Source: Candidatus Scalinduaceae bacterium (GTDB taxonomy: Bacteria; Planctomycetota; Brocadiia; Brocadiales; Scalinduaceae). Taken from it: a stretch of 62,040 nucleotides of DNA. The notes under the pieces are model-generated. The model had not been told where the DNA came from. It made no database searches and worked only from the letters and a program-made list of their open reading frames with translations. Below, piece after piece: positions 49,345 through 58,548 of the stretch; within the stretch, counting starts at the first letter, position 1; each line of letters starts with the position of its first letter. A program made the translations under genes and the position numbers. The DNA lies in assembly GCA_046759445.1 (NCBI GenBank), contig JBHICG010000014.1:1-62040 (forward strand), given 5' to 3'.

Positions 49345-50703
49345 ATGCTAATAGTTGAAAAAGAAATAAAAATACCAAGTGAAGACGGCTATAGCGGATT
49401 ATTAGATTATTTCCGTAAAAAGGTACTGGAGAGCTTGTTATCAGATGAAACTCCTATTCGGTTTGTCATTACACAAACAGATAACGATGGGTATTCTTGT
49501 GAGTTAGGTGTTTTATCAGGTGGTGAAAATTTAAAAGGGTCAATCTTTGATTTCAATAGGCGGAAGTTTGAGAATGTAGATCAATTTAATACAGTTTTAT
49601 TAGTTCCTACAGGGATTGGCTGCGAAATTGGAGGTCATTCAGGTGATGCTGGACCAATTGCCAGACTTTTAGCTTCAGCTTGTGACAACTTAATTACTCA
49701 CCCAAATGTTGTTAATGCTTCGGATATTAATGAATTGCCGGAGAATGGGTTATATGTTGAAGGAAGTGTGATAACGCGTTTATTGATGGGAACGGTTGCT
49801 TTACAGCCAGTAAGGTCTAATAGGGTATTACTTGTTATAGATGAGCATTATGAAGATATTCTATTTGATGATTCGGCTATCAATTCTGTTTCTGCTGCGC
49901 GGGCAGCTTTCGGACTTGATTGTGCTGGTGTTGTTAAAATGCCAGAGCAGATTCTAATGAGAGCTTTGTGGTCAAAAGCCGGTAGAGCAGTTGGAAGAAT
50001 TGAGTTCTTTGATAAATTATGCCAAGTAATAGAAGAAAATAGAAATAACTTTGACGCACTTGCTTTATCATCAGTAATCCAGGTGCCAGAACATTTCCAC
50101 AAGGATTATTTTGATAACGAGAAGAATATGGATGTAAATCCATGGGGTGGTGTTGAGGCGATATTGACACATGCAGTTTCAAGTATTTACAATATTCCAT
50201 CCGCTCACTCTCCAATGATGAATTCAAAGTCTGTTTTAGACTTGAAAGTGGGAGTGGTTGACCCTCGAAAATCTGCCGAAGCAATTTCCATGACTTATCT
50301 ACATTGTATACTTAAGGGATTGCATAAAAGTCCAAAAATTATTAATGATTCCGAATTAGTTTGTCATCCTGATTTATTGAATGTATCTGATATTTCTTGT
50401 CTAGTCATTCCTGATGGCTGTGTTGGCTTACCAACATTGGCTGCTATGGAGCAAGGCATTCCGGTAATAGCTGTAAAAGAAAACAAAAATAGGATGAAGA
50501 ATAATTTAAACGAACTTCCATTTTTACCCGGGAAACTATTTATAGTCGAAAATTACTTAGAAGCTGTTGGTGTTATGCAGGCTCTAAGAGCAGGTGTAGC
50601 ACTGGATACTGTGAAACGTCCCATCGAATATACAAAAGTAAAACTAGCCAAATCCAAAGTTGAAGACTTTGTTAACAATGTTCTAACAAAACATGCCCAA
50701 TAA
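49345..50703 (+). CDS. DUF3326 family protein with N-terminal extension
   Basis: VPTGIGCEIGGHSGDA, LITHPNVVNA, YVEGS, PWGGVEA, DPRKSAE, NYLEAVG. Confidence 0.78.
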   Translation: MLIVEKEIKIPSEDGYSGLLDYFRKKVLESLLSDETPIRFVITQTDNDGYSCELGVLSGGENLKGSIFDFNRRKFENVDQFNTVLLVPTGIGCEIGGHSGDAGPIARLLASACDNLITHPNVVNASDINELPENGLYVEGSVITRLLMGTVALQPVRSNRVLLVIDEHYEDILFDDSAINSVSAARAAFGLDCAGVVKMPEQILMRALWSKAGRAVGRIEFFDKLCQVIEENRNNFDALALSSVIQVPEHFHKDYFDNEKNMDVNPWGGVEAILTHAVSSIYNIPSAHSPMMNSKSVLDLKVGVVDPRKSAEAISMTYLHCILKGLHKSPKIINDSELVCHPDLLNVSDISCLVIPDGCVGLPTLAAMEQGIPVIAVKENKNRMKNNLNELPFLPGKLFIVENYLEAVGVMQALRAGVALDTVKRPIEYTKVKLAKSKVEDFVNNVLTKHAQ

Positions 50704-50879
50704 ATAGGGACCGTTAACACATAAATTGACAAATGATTCAGTCCTTCAGCGATATCTTTTGTACACATATTGACAACTGAGAATTTTCTTTTAATCTTTT
50801 TATTTAGTTGGTACTCTTTATTAAACTTGTACAAGAGTATTTTATTGGCAGTGTGTCATTTGAAATAGGAGGGATTAGA

Positions 50880-51104
50880 ATGTCTCAAAAAGTCGGTGTA
50901 GTTATAGAAAAAGATGAACATGGTTATTATGCATATTGCCCAGAGCTTGAAGGCTGCCAGACACAAGGTGATTCTTTGGAGGAAGTTTTGAGTAACATAA
51001 AAGAAGCTATTGAACTTTATTTAGAAACATTATCAGAGGACGAAAAAAAGGTATCACTAAGCAAAGAGATTCTAACAACTACCTTAGAGGTGGGAATTGC
51101 CTAA
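50880..51104 (+). CDS. hicB: HicB-like antitoxin
   Basis: YYAYCPELEGCQTQGDSLEEVLSNIKEAIELYL; AGGAGG RBS before ATG 50880. Confidence 0.85.
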   Translation: MSQKVGVVIEKDEHGYYAYCPELEGCQTQGDSLEEVLSNIKEAIELYLETLSEDEKKVSLSKEILTTTLEVGIA

Positions 51105-51297
51105 GTTGCCACGATTAACACCGCAGGAAGCAGAAAAGATGTTATTAAAAGCTGGTTTTGAAATGATTAGAAGCAAAGGTAGCCATAGAATATACGCAAA
51201 AGATAATAGAAGAATTGTTATTCCATTTCATAGTGGAAAAATATTGCACCCAAAGATAGTTAAACAAGTACTTCAAAAAACAAAAAATACCAAATAG
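51097..51297 (+). CDS. hicA: HicA-like toxin
   Basis: LLKAGF...KGSHRIY...VIPFH. Confidence 0.85.
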   Translation: MPKLPRLTPQEAEKMLLKAGFEMIRSKGSHRIYAKDNRRIVIPFHSGKILHPKIVKQVLQKTKNTK

Positions 51298-51453
51298 AAA
51301 TAGTATCCCATCTTGCCTCAGAGAAATTGAGATCCGCCAAGCAAGACGGCGGGCAAGCAGCGCCTGTTTTTTGGCATAGAGAAAAGAAGTTATTCGTTTA
51401 TTGTTATTTGATGCAAGAAGCAAGAAGCTAAAGGCAAGAAACTAAAATAATAT

Positions 51454-51503
51454 TTACGTCTCTTTCCATTCGCCATAATCCTTTGTTGAGACTTTCCAGC
51501 CCT
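51454..51503 (-). repeat. short displaced copy of pyrK 3' end
   Basis: Reads ...KVSTKDYGEWKET* on the minus strand, matching 31408-31450 and the pyrK tail. Confidence 0.75.
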
Positions 51504-51537
51504 GTTTTTTGCACCATTCAAAGTCCGATACCATTTA

Positions 51538-54510
51538 CTATCCAATTTCTGGAGAAAAGCCCTTTCGAATGGTGTTTTCTGTTATGGTGAGAGGTTCCAT
51601 GAACTGAAGGACATAATCTGGGCCTCCTGCTTTAGAACCGATACCGGACATCTTAAATCCACCGAATGGCTGTCTGCCCACAAGTGCCCCCGTAATCTTG
51701 CGATTAATATACAGGTTACCTACTCGAAATTCACTTATCACCCGCTTGATATTATCAGGACTGCGAGAATAGAGGCCTCCGGTGAGAGCGTATTCAGTTC
51801 CATTGGCGACTTCCAGGGCTTCATCTAAGTCTTTCACTCTCATGATTGCCAGAACAGGTCCGAATATCTCTTCTCTGGCTAAACGGTGATGAGGAAGAAT
51901 CCCCTCAAAAATGGTTGGTCCAATAAAAAAACCTTCTTTCGGGCACTCTGCCTGGAAAAGCATCCGACCCTCTGATTTCCCTATCTCAATGAAATTCGAT
52001 ATCTTTTTCAGTGCTTTATCATCGATGATGGCGCCTATCTGAGTGGCCGGGTCCATCGGATCTCCAATCTGTAAACTTCTGGTGGCTTCTACTGTCCGTT
52101 CCCTGAATCTATCGTAAGTATCTTCCAGCACAATAACCCTGGAGCATGCCGAACACTTCTGTCCCTGAAACCCGAATGCTGATTGTACCACTCCTGTAAC
52201 TGCAGCATCAAGGTCAGCATCTTCATCAACAATGATAGCGTTCTTTCCACCCATCTCTGCCACCACTTTCTTAATTCCCCTCTGCCCCGGTTGAATGACA
52301 GATGCCTTCTGGTTTATCTCCAGTCCGACCTCTTTGGAACCGGTAAAAGCGATAACGTCTACGTCTGGATGCTCAACCATCCATGAAGTTACCTCAATTC
52401 CGGAACAAGGGAGATATTGGAAAATCCCATGTGGAATTTCTGTATTATTGACTACCCGTGCTAGAAAGGCGCCTGTGATGGGTGACAGACTGGATGGTTT
52501 ATAGATGACAGTGTTTCCCGTAACTAAAGCTGCCATAGACATGCCGGTTGAGATGGCCAGAGGGAAGTTCCAGGGAGCTATGACAAGAGCCACTCCACGG
52601 GGTTGGTACGAATAGAGATTGTTCTCTCCCGGCATAGGATCCATCTGACAGGGACGACCCAGGCGTATCATCTCCCTGGCGTAGTATTCACAAAAGTCAA
52701 TAGCTTCGCATACATCCGCATCTGCCTCTCGCCAGGTCTTGGAGACTTCCAAAACCTGTAATGCGGCCAATTCACCTCGGCGAGAGCGCAGGTTTTCTGC
52801 GATTTTCAAAAGCAGTCTGCCCCTTTGCCGGGTATCTGTTTCCCGCCACTCAATGAAAGCTTTCCTGGCAGCAGCCACAGCACGTTCAGCCTCTTCTTTT
52901 GAGGCCAGGAAAGTATGTCCGATAACCTGGGATGGCCGGGAAGGATTGATGGAGACTTGTTTATTTTCACCGTGAACTTCTTTCCCGTCAATCAGTAGAG
53001 GATATACTTTCCCTAACCGTGTCTGGACTTTTTCCAGGGCATTTCGAAAATAATTGCGTGAATTGATCCTGGCAAAATCGTGTAACGGCTCCTGATGGAA
53101 CGGTTTAATCTCTTCATCCGAGACCGCTTTTTCTTTCAATGCTTCCGGACTTACCTGAGGTGGTTCTGGCCTGCAAAGGAGTTCTTCGACATTGGTATCC
53201 TTAGTAAAAGTCTGTCGCAGGAATGATTCGTTGGAGGTATTTTCCATGAGTCGCCTGACGAAATAAGATATCCCGGGAAGGAATTCACCAATTGGCACAT
53301 ACTCGCAGACGTTGTAGCCCAGTTGAAGAATTGCCTTTTTGATCGGATCGGCCATCCCGTAAAGCATCTGGATTTCAAAGGCGGCAGGGGGGTGGTCAAG
53401 GTGCTTTGCGTATATAATGCCGTGTGCGAGGGAACGAACGTTGTGACTGGCGATAGCTGTGTAGATTAGGGGATAATTTTCAAGGCACTGTCGTGTTGCC
53501 TCCTCAAAGGCGTTATCCGTCTCACGCTTGTCTAAAAAGACAGGGACTGGCCAGTTATCAAGCATGGCCGCTACCTGCTCGTAGTCCCAATAGGCTCCCT
53601 TAACCAGTCGCACGGTGAGAGTTCGTTTCCGTTCCCTGGCCCAATCTATCAATTCCTTAAGGTCTTTTCCTGAGTCTTTCAAATAGGTTTGAATCACGAT
53701 ACCGGCTCTTGGATTTTCACTGAATTCTTCCTCTTCAAGCAGGCTTTTGAAAATGGCAATGGTCAGGTCCTTGAACTTATAATGCTCCATGTCGATATTG
53801 ATGAAAGATTCGTACTCCTTTGCCTTCCTGAAGATTGGGCGCAGGCGTTCTTTGACCGTCTCAATGCTTCCAGCAAAATTTACGGGATCCATCTGGGAGT
53901 ATAAAGAAGATAGCTTGACAGAGATGCTGAGTCGAGGTAATCCAATGTCCTTGCGAGTGTCAGGAACAGGCCATTTTATAATCTCTGTTCTCAGCTCATC
54001 GAAGAGCTCCTGATAACGTTTCTGGTAGTCCAAAGCCTCTTTCTCACTGACTACAGCTTCACCCAGAATGTCCAGGGTGAAAAAAGTTCCCTGATCCCAA
54101 AGTGCGCGAAGACGTGGAAGAGCGTCCCGGGGAGTTGGCGCAATGATAAAGCGCCCGGCCATATCCTGGACGTTGTTTCTAATCATGCTAGCTGCTAAGG
54201 GTCCGGTAATGGGGTTGTTGATTAATGTATCTAAGACCAACTTTAGGAACGATGGAAGTTTTATGCCAGGTTGTGAGAAATACTCACGTATGTGCTGACT
54301 TATCTGATGCGGTGATTTTAGATTGGGAAGTACATCTACTAACCGAAACATCTGGACTTTGAAAGTCGGATGTCGTATACACCAATCAAGTATCTTGCCA
54401 CTCCACCAGTCTTTTTTAAAGATGGATGGGGTATCATCTCCTATTAATTGAAAGATTTTTAGACCAAGTTGTTGGATTTCTTCATCGAACAGGTGTTTGT
54501 TTTCACGCAT
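51538..54510 (-). CDS. putA: bifunctional proline dehydrogenase / P5C dehydrogenase
   Basis: VRLVKGAYW, ASHN, RRLMEN (PRODH); FTGS, EMGGKN, QGQKCSACSR, EEIFGP (ALDH). Confidence 0.93.
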   Translation of the reverse strand: MRENKHLFDEEIQQLGLKIFQLIGDDTPSIFKKDWWSGKILDWCIRHPTFKVQMFRLVDVLPNLKSPHQISQHIREYFSQPGIKLPSFLKLVLDTLINNPITGPLAASMIRNNVQDMAGRFIIAPTPRDALPRLRALWDQGTFFTLDILGEAVVSEKEALDYQKRYQELFDELRTEIIKWPVPDTRKDIGLPRLSISVKLSSLYSQMDPVNFAGSIETVKERLRPIFRKAKEYESFINIDMEHYKFKDLTIAIFKSLLEEEEFSENPRAGIVIQTYLKDSGKDLKELIDWARERKRTLTVRLVKGAYWDYEQVAAMLDNWPVPVFLDKRETDNAFEEATRQCLENYPLIYTAIASHNVRSLAHGIIYAKHLDHPPAAFEIQMLYGMADPIKKAILQLGYNVCEYVPIGEFLPGISYFVRRLMENTSNESFLRQTFTKDTNVEELLCRPEPPQVSPEALKEKAVSDEEIKPFHQEPLHDFARINSRNYFRNALEKVQTRLGKVYPLLIDGKEVHGENKQVSINPSRPSQVIGHTFLASKEEAERAVAAARKAFIEWRETDTRQRGRLLLKIAENLRSRRGELAALQVLEVSKTWREADADVCEAIDFCEYYAREMIRLGRPCQMDPMPGENNLYSYQPRGVALVIAPWNFPLAISTGMSMAALVTGNTVIYKPSSLSPITGAFLARVVNNTEIPHGIFQYLPCSGIEVTSWMVEHPDVDVIAFTGSKEVGLEINQKASVIQPGQRGIKKVVAEMGGKNAIIVDEDADLDAAVTGVVQSAFGFQGQKCSACSRVIVLEDTYDRFRERTVEATRSLQIGDPMDPATQIGAIIDDKALKKISNFIEIGKSEGRMLFQAECPKEGFFIGPTIFEGILPHHRLAREEIFGPVLAIMRVKDLDEALEVANGTEYALTGGLYSRSPDNIKRVISEFRVGNLYINRKITGALVGRQPFGGFKMSGIGSKAGGPDYVLQFMEPLTITENTIRKGFSPEIG

Positions 54511-54567
54511 CCAGACTTCTTCTCTCCCTTTTGACTTTCTTCAGTGCTAATCTGCGCCAATCTGCGG

Positions 54568-55476
54568 TTAAGCGCTTCTCCACTCACCATAATTCTTTAT
54601 AGAAACTCTCTGGCCACTTTTAAGTAAAGAGTATTTCCCGAAGTCATTCATATTATTAAGTGCCTGTGAGTTAAATACAGGCCCGTCCTTACATACCATT
54701 TGTCCATCGCAGACACATTGACCGCAAATACCTATGCCGCATTTCATGTATCTCTCCAATGATATCTCACATTGTATATCATGATTTTTGCAAAATTCGT
54801 ATACCTTAAACATCATTATCTCCGGACCGCAGGTATAAATATTGTTGTATCTATGTTTACCATGCAGGTCTTCCAGGATATCTGTGGGATATCCCTTCCT
54901 GCCTTCACTTCCATCGTCAGTGAAGATCGTTATGTCCTTAAATCGGTTTTTAAATAACAGCGTTGTCTTTGTAGTTGCACCAATGAGTATTGTTACCTCC
55001 CCTTTGTACCCTCCTTTTGAAGGAGGGGAGGAGGGGCGGCGCTTTTGTTTACTTTTGTTTGAGCCTCTATTTTTATTATGATTAGATTGCAAGCTTTCAA
55101 TAAGCACAGTCAACGATGCCATTCCACATCCGCCACCGATTATACATGCATTTCCATTGCCGTCTTTTATACTATCATGGATACTGAATCCTTTGCCAAA
55201 CGGCCCCCTTATTCCTATTTGTTCTCCTACACTCATGCTGTGCATGTATTTTGTAAATTTACCTCTCTCAAGTACTGTGATTCCGAAGAAATCATCGCCG
55301 AAATATGATACTGCAAAAGGTTTCTCGTCTATACCGGGTATCCAGACCATTATGAATTGTCCCGGGTTGTAATCAAGACAGTGCCTGAACAGAAAGGTCT
55401 TTGTATCATCAGATTCATTAATGATCTTGTCAATCTTCATCATTACTGGTTGTTCGTAATAAAAACCTTCATTCAT
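54568..55476 (-). CDS. pyrK: dihydroorotate dehydrogenase electron transfer subunit
   Basis: PGQFIMVW, RGPFGKGF, CGPEIMM, CGIGICGQC...CKDGPVF; overlaps pyrD. Confidence 0.92.
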   Translation of the reverse strand: MNEGFYYEQPVMMKIDKIINESDDTKTFLFRHCLDYNPGQFIMVWIPGIDEKPFAVSYFGDDFFGITVLERGKFTKYMHSMSVGEQIGIRGPFGKGFSIHDSIKDGNGNACIIGGGCGMASLTVLIESLQSNHNKNRGSNKSKQKRRPSSPPSKGGYKGEVTILIGATTKTTLLFKNRFKDITIFTDDGSEGRKGYPTDILEDLHGKHRYNNIYTCGPEIMMFKVYEFCKNHDIQCEISLERYMKCGIGICGQCVCDGQMVCKDGPVFNSQALNNMNDFGKYSLLKSGQRVSIKNYGEWRSA

Positions 55477-56389
55477 GGGCGATTCCTACTATTTCATTAA
55501 TGTTACTGAAACCGTTATCAGACATCCATGATTCTATTTCATGGCAGACCTTTTGGAATACATCCATTCCTCTTTGATATATTCCAGTACCAATCCCAAT
55601 AGCGATTGCTCCCGCCATAATCATTTCAATGGCATGACGTCCGGTGGAGATCCCTCCAACACCTATTATGGGAATCTTAACAGATTCGTATATATCATAA
55701 ACACATCTGGTCGCAATCGGCCTTATGGCATTTCCTGAAACCCCACCAACTTTGAAGGAGAGTACGGGCTTACGAGCTTCTATATTTATAATCATCCCCG
55801 GGCCCAATGTATTTACGGCCGTAATTGCACAAGCGCCCGCATCTTCGGCAACCTTTGCAAGCTCACCTATCTCAGGTGTATTAGGGGATAATTTCACGAA
55901 GATTGGTAATTTACTCGCTTTCCGAACTGCAGAGACTATTTCCTTTGTACTTTCGGGTGTCCCCTGACCGGCTAATAATCCGAATCCGGGCGTGTGAGGA
56001 CACGAAAGCGGGAGTTCTATGGCGGCAAAATTTATTTCTGCCAGTTTTTCTACAACACGTACGAAATCTTCTGCTTCTGTACCAATTATGCTCGCAATTA
56101 CGGGTACCTCTATTCCATCCATGTTAGAAAATTCTCTAGCTACTTCTTCCGCACCGGGGTTTGAGTACCCAACTGCATTTAACATACCTGCTTCAAATGT
56201 AATGACGGTAGGATTTTTGTGTCCTTCTCTTGGTTCAAGACTGACTGACTTTATAGTAACCGCTCCTGCGCCGTTATCGGCAACCCTTTTCAGCAAGGAT
56301 CTAGAAGTTCCTAGAAACCCTGATGGTAGGATAGTTGGGTTGGGTAGTCTGATTCCACATAGATCAATGGCGAGATTTAGTGCAGCCAT
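55469..56389 (-). CDS. pyrD: dihydroorotate dehydrogenase (family 1B)
   Basis: LNAVGYSNPG, LSCPH, VKLSPN, GGVSG, GVGGI. Confidence 0.92.
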   Translation of the reverse strand: MAALNLAIDLCGIRLPNPTILPSGFLGTSRSLLKRVADNGAGAVTIKSVSLEPREGHKNPTVITFEAGMLNAVGYSNPGAEEVAREFSNMDGIEVPVIASIIGTEAEDFVRVVEKLAEINFAAIELPLSCPHTPGFGLLAGQGTPESTKEIVSAVRKASKLPIFVKLSPNTPEIGELAKVAEDAGACAITAVNTLGPGMIINIEARKPVLSFKVGGVSGNAIRPIATRCVYDIYESVKIPIIGVGGISTGRHAIEMIMAGAIAIGIGTGIYQRGMDVFQKVCHEIESWMSDNGFSNINEIVGIAHE

Positions 56390-56674
56390 TTTTGTTTTTT
56401 AGACAGGATTTACAGGATGAGCAGGATAAAGTAAAATATAATGAAAGCTATTTGCTGAAATATACCAAAAAGTCAGAATTTATTGAAGACATATTTTAAA
56501 AATTGCAAAAGGAAGTTCTGACAGGATAATATTATATTATCCTTAAAATATTGACTTTTAGTGGAAAATGTGTTTTTCTATTTACTTATAATGTTGGGGA
56601 TAATTAATTTAGCAAATCCCCCTTTACTAAAGGGGGGGAGCTAAAAGAGATTATTTGATTTATCAATTATACTT

Positions 56675-57151
56675 ATGCGAGTTCTAGGGATAGATCCTGG
56701 TACAATAATAACCGGCTATGGTGTCGTTGAGGATGTTAATGGTAAGTTGTCTTTCGTAGATTGTGGTACTATTGCGGGCGGGAGAAAGGATTCGTTTCCA
56801 GATCGACTCAAAAAGATTTACGATGGATTGAATAAAATTATAGAAGAGCATAAACCAGGTCACATTGCTTTGGAAAAGGTGTTCTATGGGAAAAATGTTA
56901 AAACAACCGTTAAAATCGGAGAAGGTAGAGGCGTGGCAATATTGTGTGCGGCCTCGGCAAAGATACCTCTATCCGAATATGCACCTACAGTTGTTAAGAA
57001 ATCTGTTGTTGGTTTTGGTAGTGCTCAAAAAGTACAAGTAAAGGAAATGGTAAGGGTTATTCTGGATTTGTCTGAGCCTCCCGGGTTTGATGCCGCCGAT
57101 GCCCTTGCTGTAGCTATATGTCACTGCCATAGAAGGAAATTGATGGTTTAA
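56675..57151 (+). CDS. ruvC: Holliday junction resolvase
   Basis: LGIDPG, ALEKVF, DAADALAVAICH. Confidence 0.95.
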   Translation: MRVLGIDPGTIITGYGVVEDVNGKLSFVDCGTIAGGRKDSFPDRLKKIYDGLNKIIEEHKPGHIALEKVFYGKNVKTTVKIGEGRGVAILCAASAKIPLSEYAPTVVKKSVVGFGSAQKVQVKEMVRVILDLSEPPGFDAADALAVAICHCHRRKLMV

Positions 57152-57242
57152 TCTTGACACGTATACCGTAAAGGCTATAATCATAAGCTTATGATTTATG
57201 ATGATTAAGAGTATTATTTATTAAGTAAGTAATAGAGAAATA

Positions 57243-58247
57243 ATGAGTTTACAAGCAACAAGTAAAGACCCAAAACATAATAAAGGTGCTGATGCAATAT
57301 GTGAGGACGTCTTATCATCTGACGTTAATCCCAAAGCTTTGAAAGGTGCACATACAGAAAGCTTATCAATGGAAGAGGCAATACGTAAATCTAAGGTCCT
57401 AATAGAGGCGCTGCCATACATACAGTCATTCAAGGATAAGATAGTAGTAATTAAGTTTGGCGGTAGCGCTATGGGCAACATAAAGACCTTTCAAAGTATC
57501 TTGCAGGATGTAGTTTTTATGAAGACTGTAGGGATGAAGCCCATCATAGTGCATGGCGGTGGTCCTCATATAACCAAAGAAATGAACAAAAGAGGTAAAA
57601 AACCTTTTTTTGTAAATGGTTATAGAGTTACTGATAAAGAGACTTTAGAGATTGCAATAGACGTTCTCGTAAATAAGATAAGCAGTTTAATTGTAAATGA
57701 GATAAAAGAAATGGGAGCTGACGCTTTATGTGTATGGCATGGAAAGAGAAGTCCATTGAAGGCAAAAGAATATGTGATTAAAGAGCAGGACAAATCAAAA
57801 AAATTTAACATTGGTTACGTGGGTGAAATTACTGAAATTGAATGTGAAACATTTGCTAATTTGTGTGAAAGTGGCAAGATACCTGTAGTACCACCAATTG
57901 CAGAGGGAACAAACGAAGAAAACTTTAATGTAAATGCAGACAATGTAGCTTCTTTTATCGCACACTTTTTAAAAGCTGAAAAATTAGTATTTATATCAAA
58001 TACACATGGAATATTAACTGACCCATCTGATCAGGATTCATTAGCGTCTACCTTACATGAAAATGAGGTAAATGATTTAATAAAGCGTGACGTAATAAAT
58101 GGCGGTATGCTTCCAAAAGCACAAGCTTGTATGTCAGCTTTAAGAGCAGGTGTAAGAAAGGCGCATATTATTGATGGTAAGATATCTCATTCTTTGTTAC
58201 TTGAGATTTTTACGGATAAAGGAATTGGAACACAAATCATAGTATAA
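57243..58247 (+). CDS. argB: acetylglutamate kinase (true start may be ATG 57369)
   Basis: EALPYI, VIKFGGS, VHGGGP, NVNAD, GGMLPK, EIFTDKGIGT. Confidence 0.93.
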   Translation: MSLQATSKDPKHNKGADAICEDVLSSDVNPKALKGAHTESLSMEEAIRKSKVLIEALPYIQSFKDKIVVIKFGGSAMGNIKTFQSILQDVVFMKTVGMKPIIVHGGGPHITKEMNKRGKKPFFVNGYRVTDKETLEIAIDVLVNKISSLIVNEIKEMGADALCVWHGKRSPLKAKEYVIKEQDKSKKFNIGYVGEITEIECETFANLCESGKIPVVPPIAEGTNEENFNVNADNVASFIAHFLKAEKLVFISNTHGILTDPSDQDSLASTLHENEVNDLIKRDVINGGMLPKAQACMSALRAGVRKAHIIDGKISHSLLLEIFTDKGIGTQIIV

Positions 58248-58548
58248 CTTGTGATGGAGATAGTGAAGTAAATGTATTTCTGGCCTCTTGAAAAAACTAA
58301 AACACAAATATTTTCTAACAAATAATGTTTCTGGTTGTGCAACAACCTTCAGGGTAAAAGTGTTTTAATGGTAAATGAAGCGTAAGAAATTATTGAGGAC
58401 GTAATTCATCTGGCGTTTTAGGCGGTGTAGTTTTGAGGCATTTTGAGATTTGGTCTTTTTGATTATCACCCACTTCAAAAGGGCATACTAAATTAACCTT
58501 TCCGTTCTTTTCTCACATCTCACATAAGATTCGTATAAGGAGAATTAT

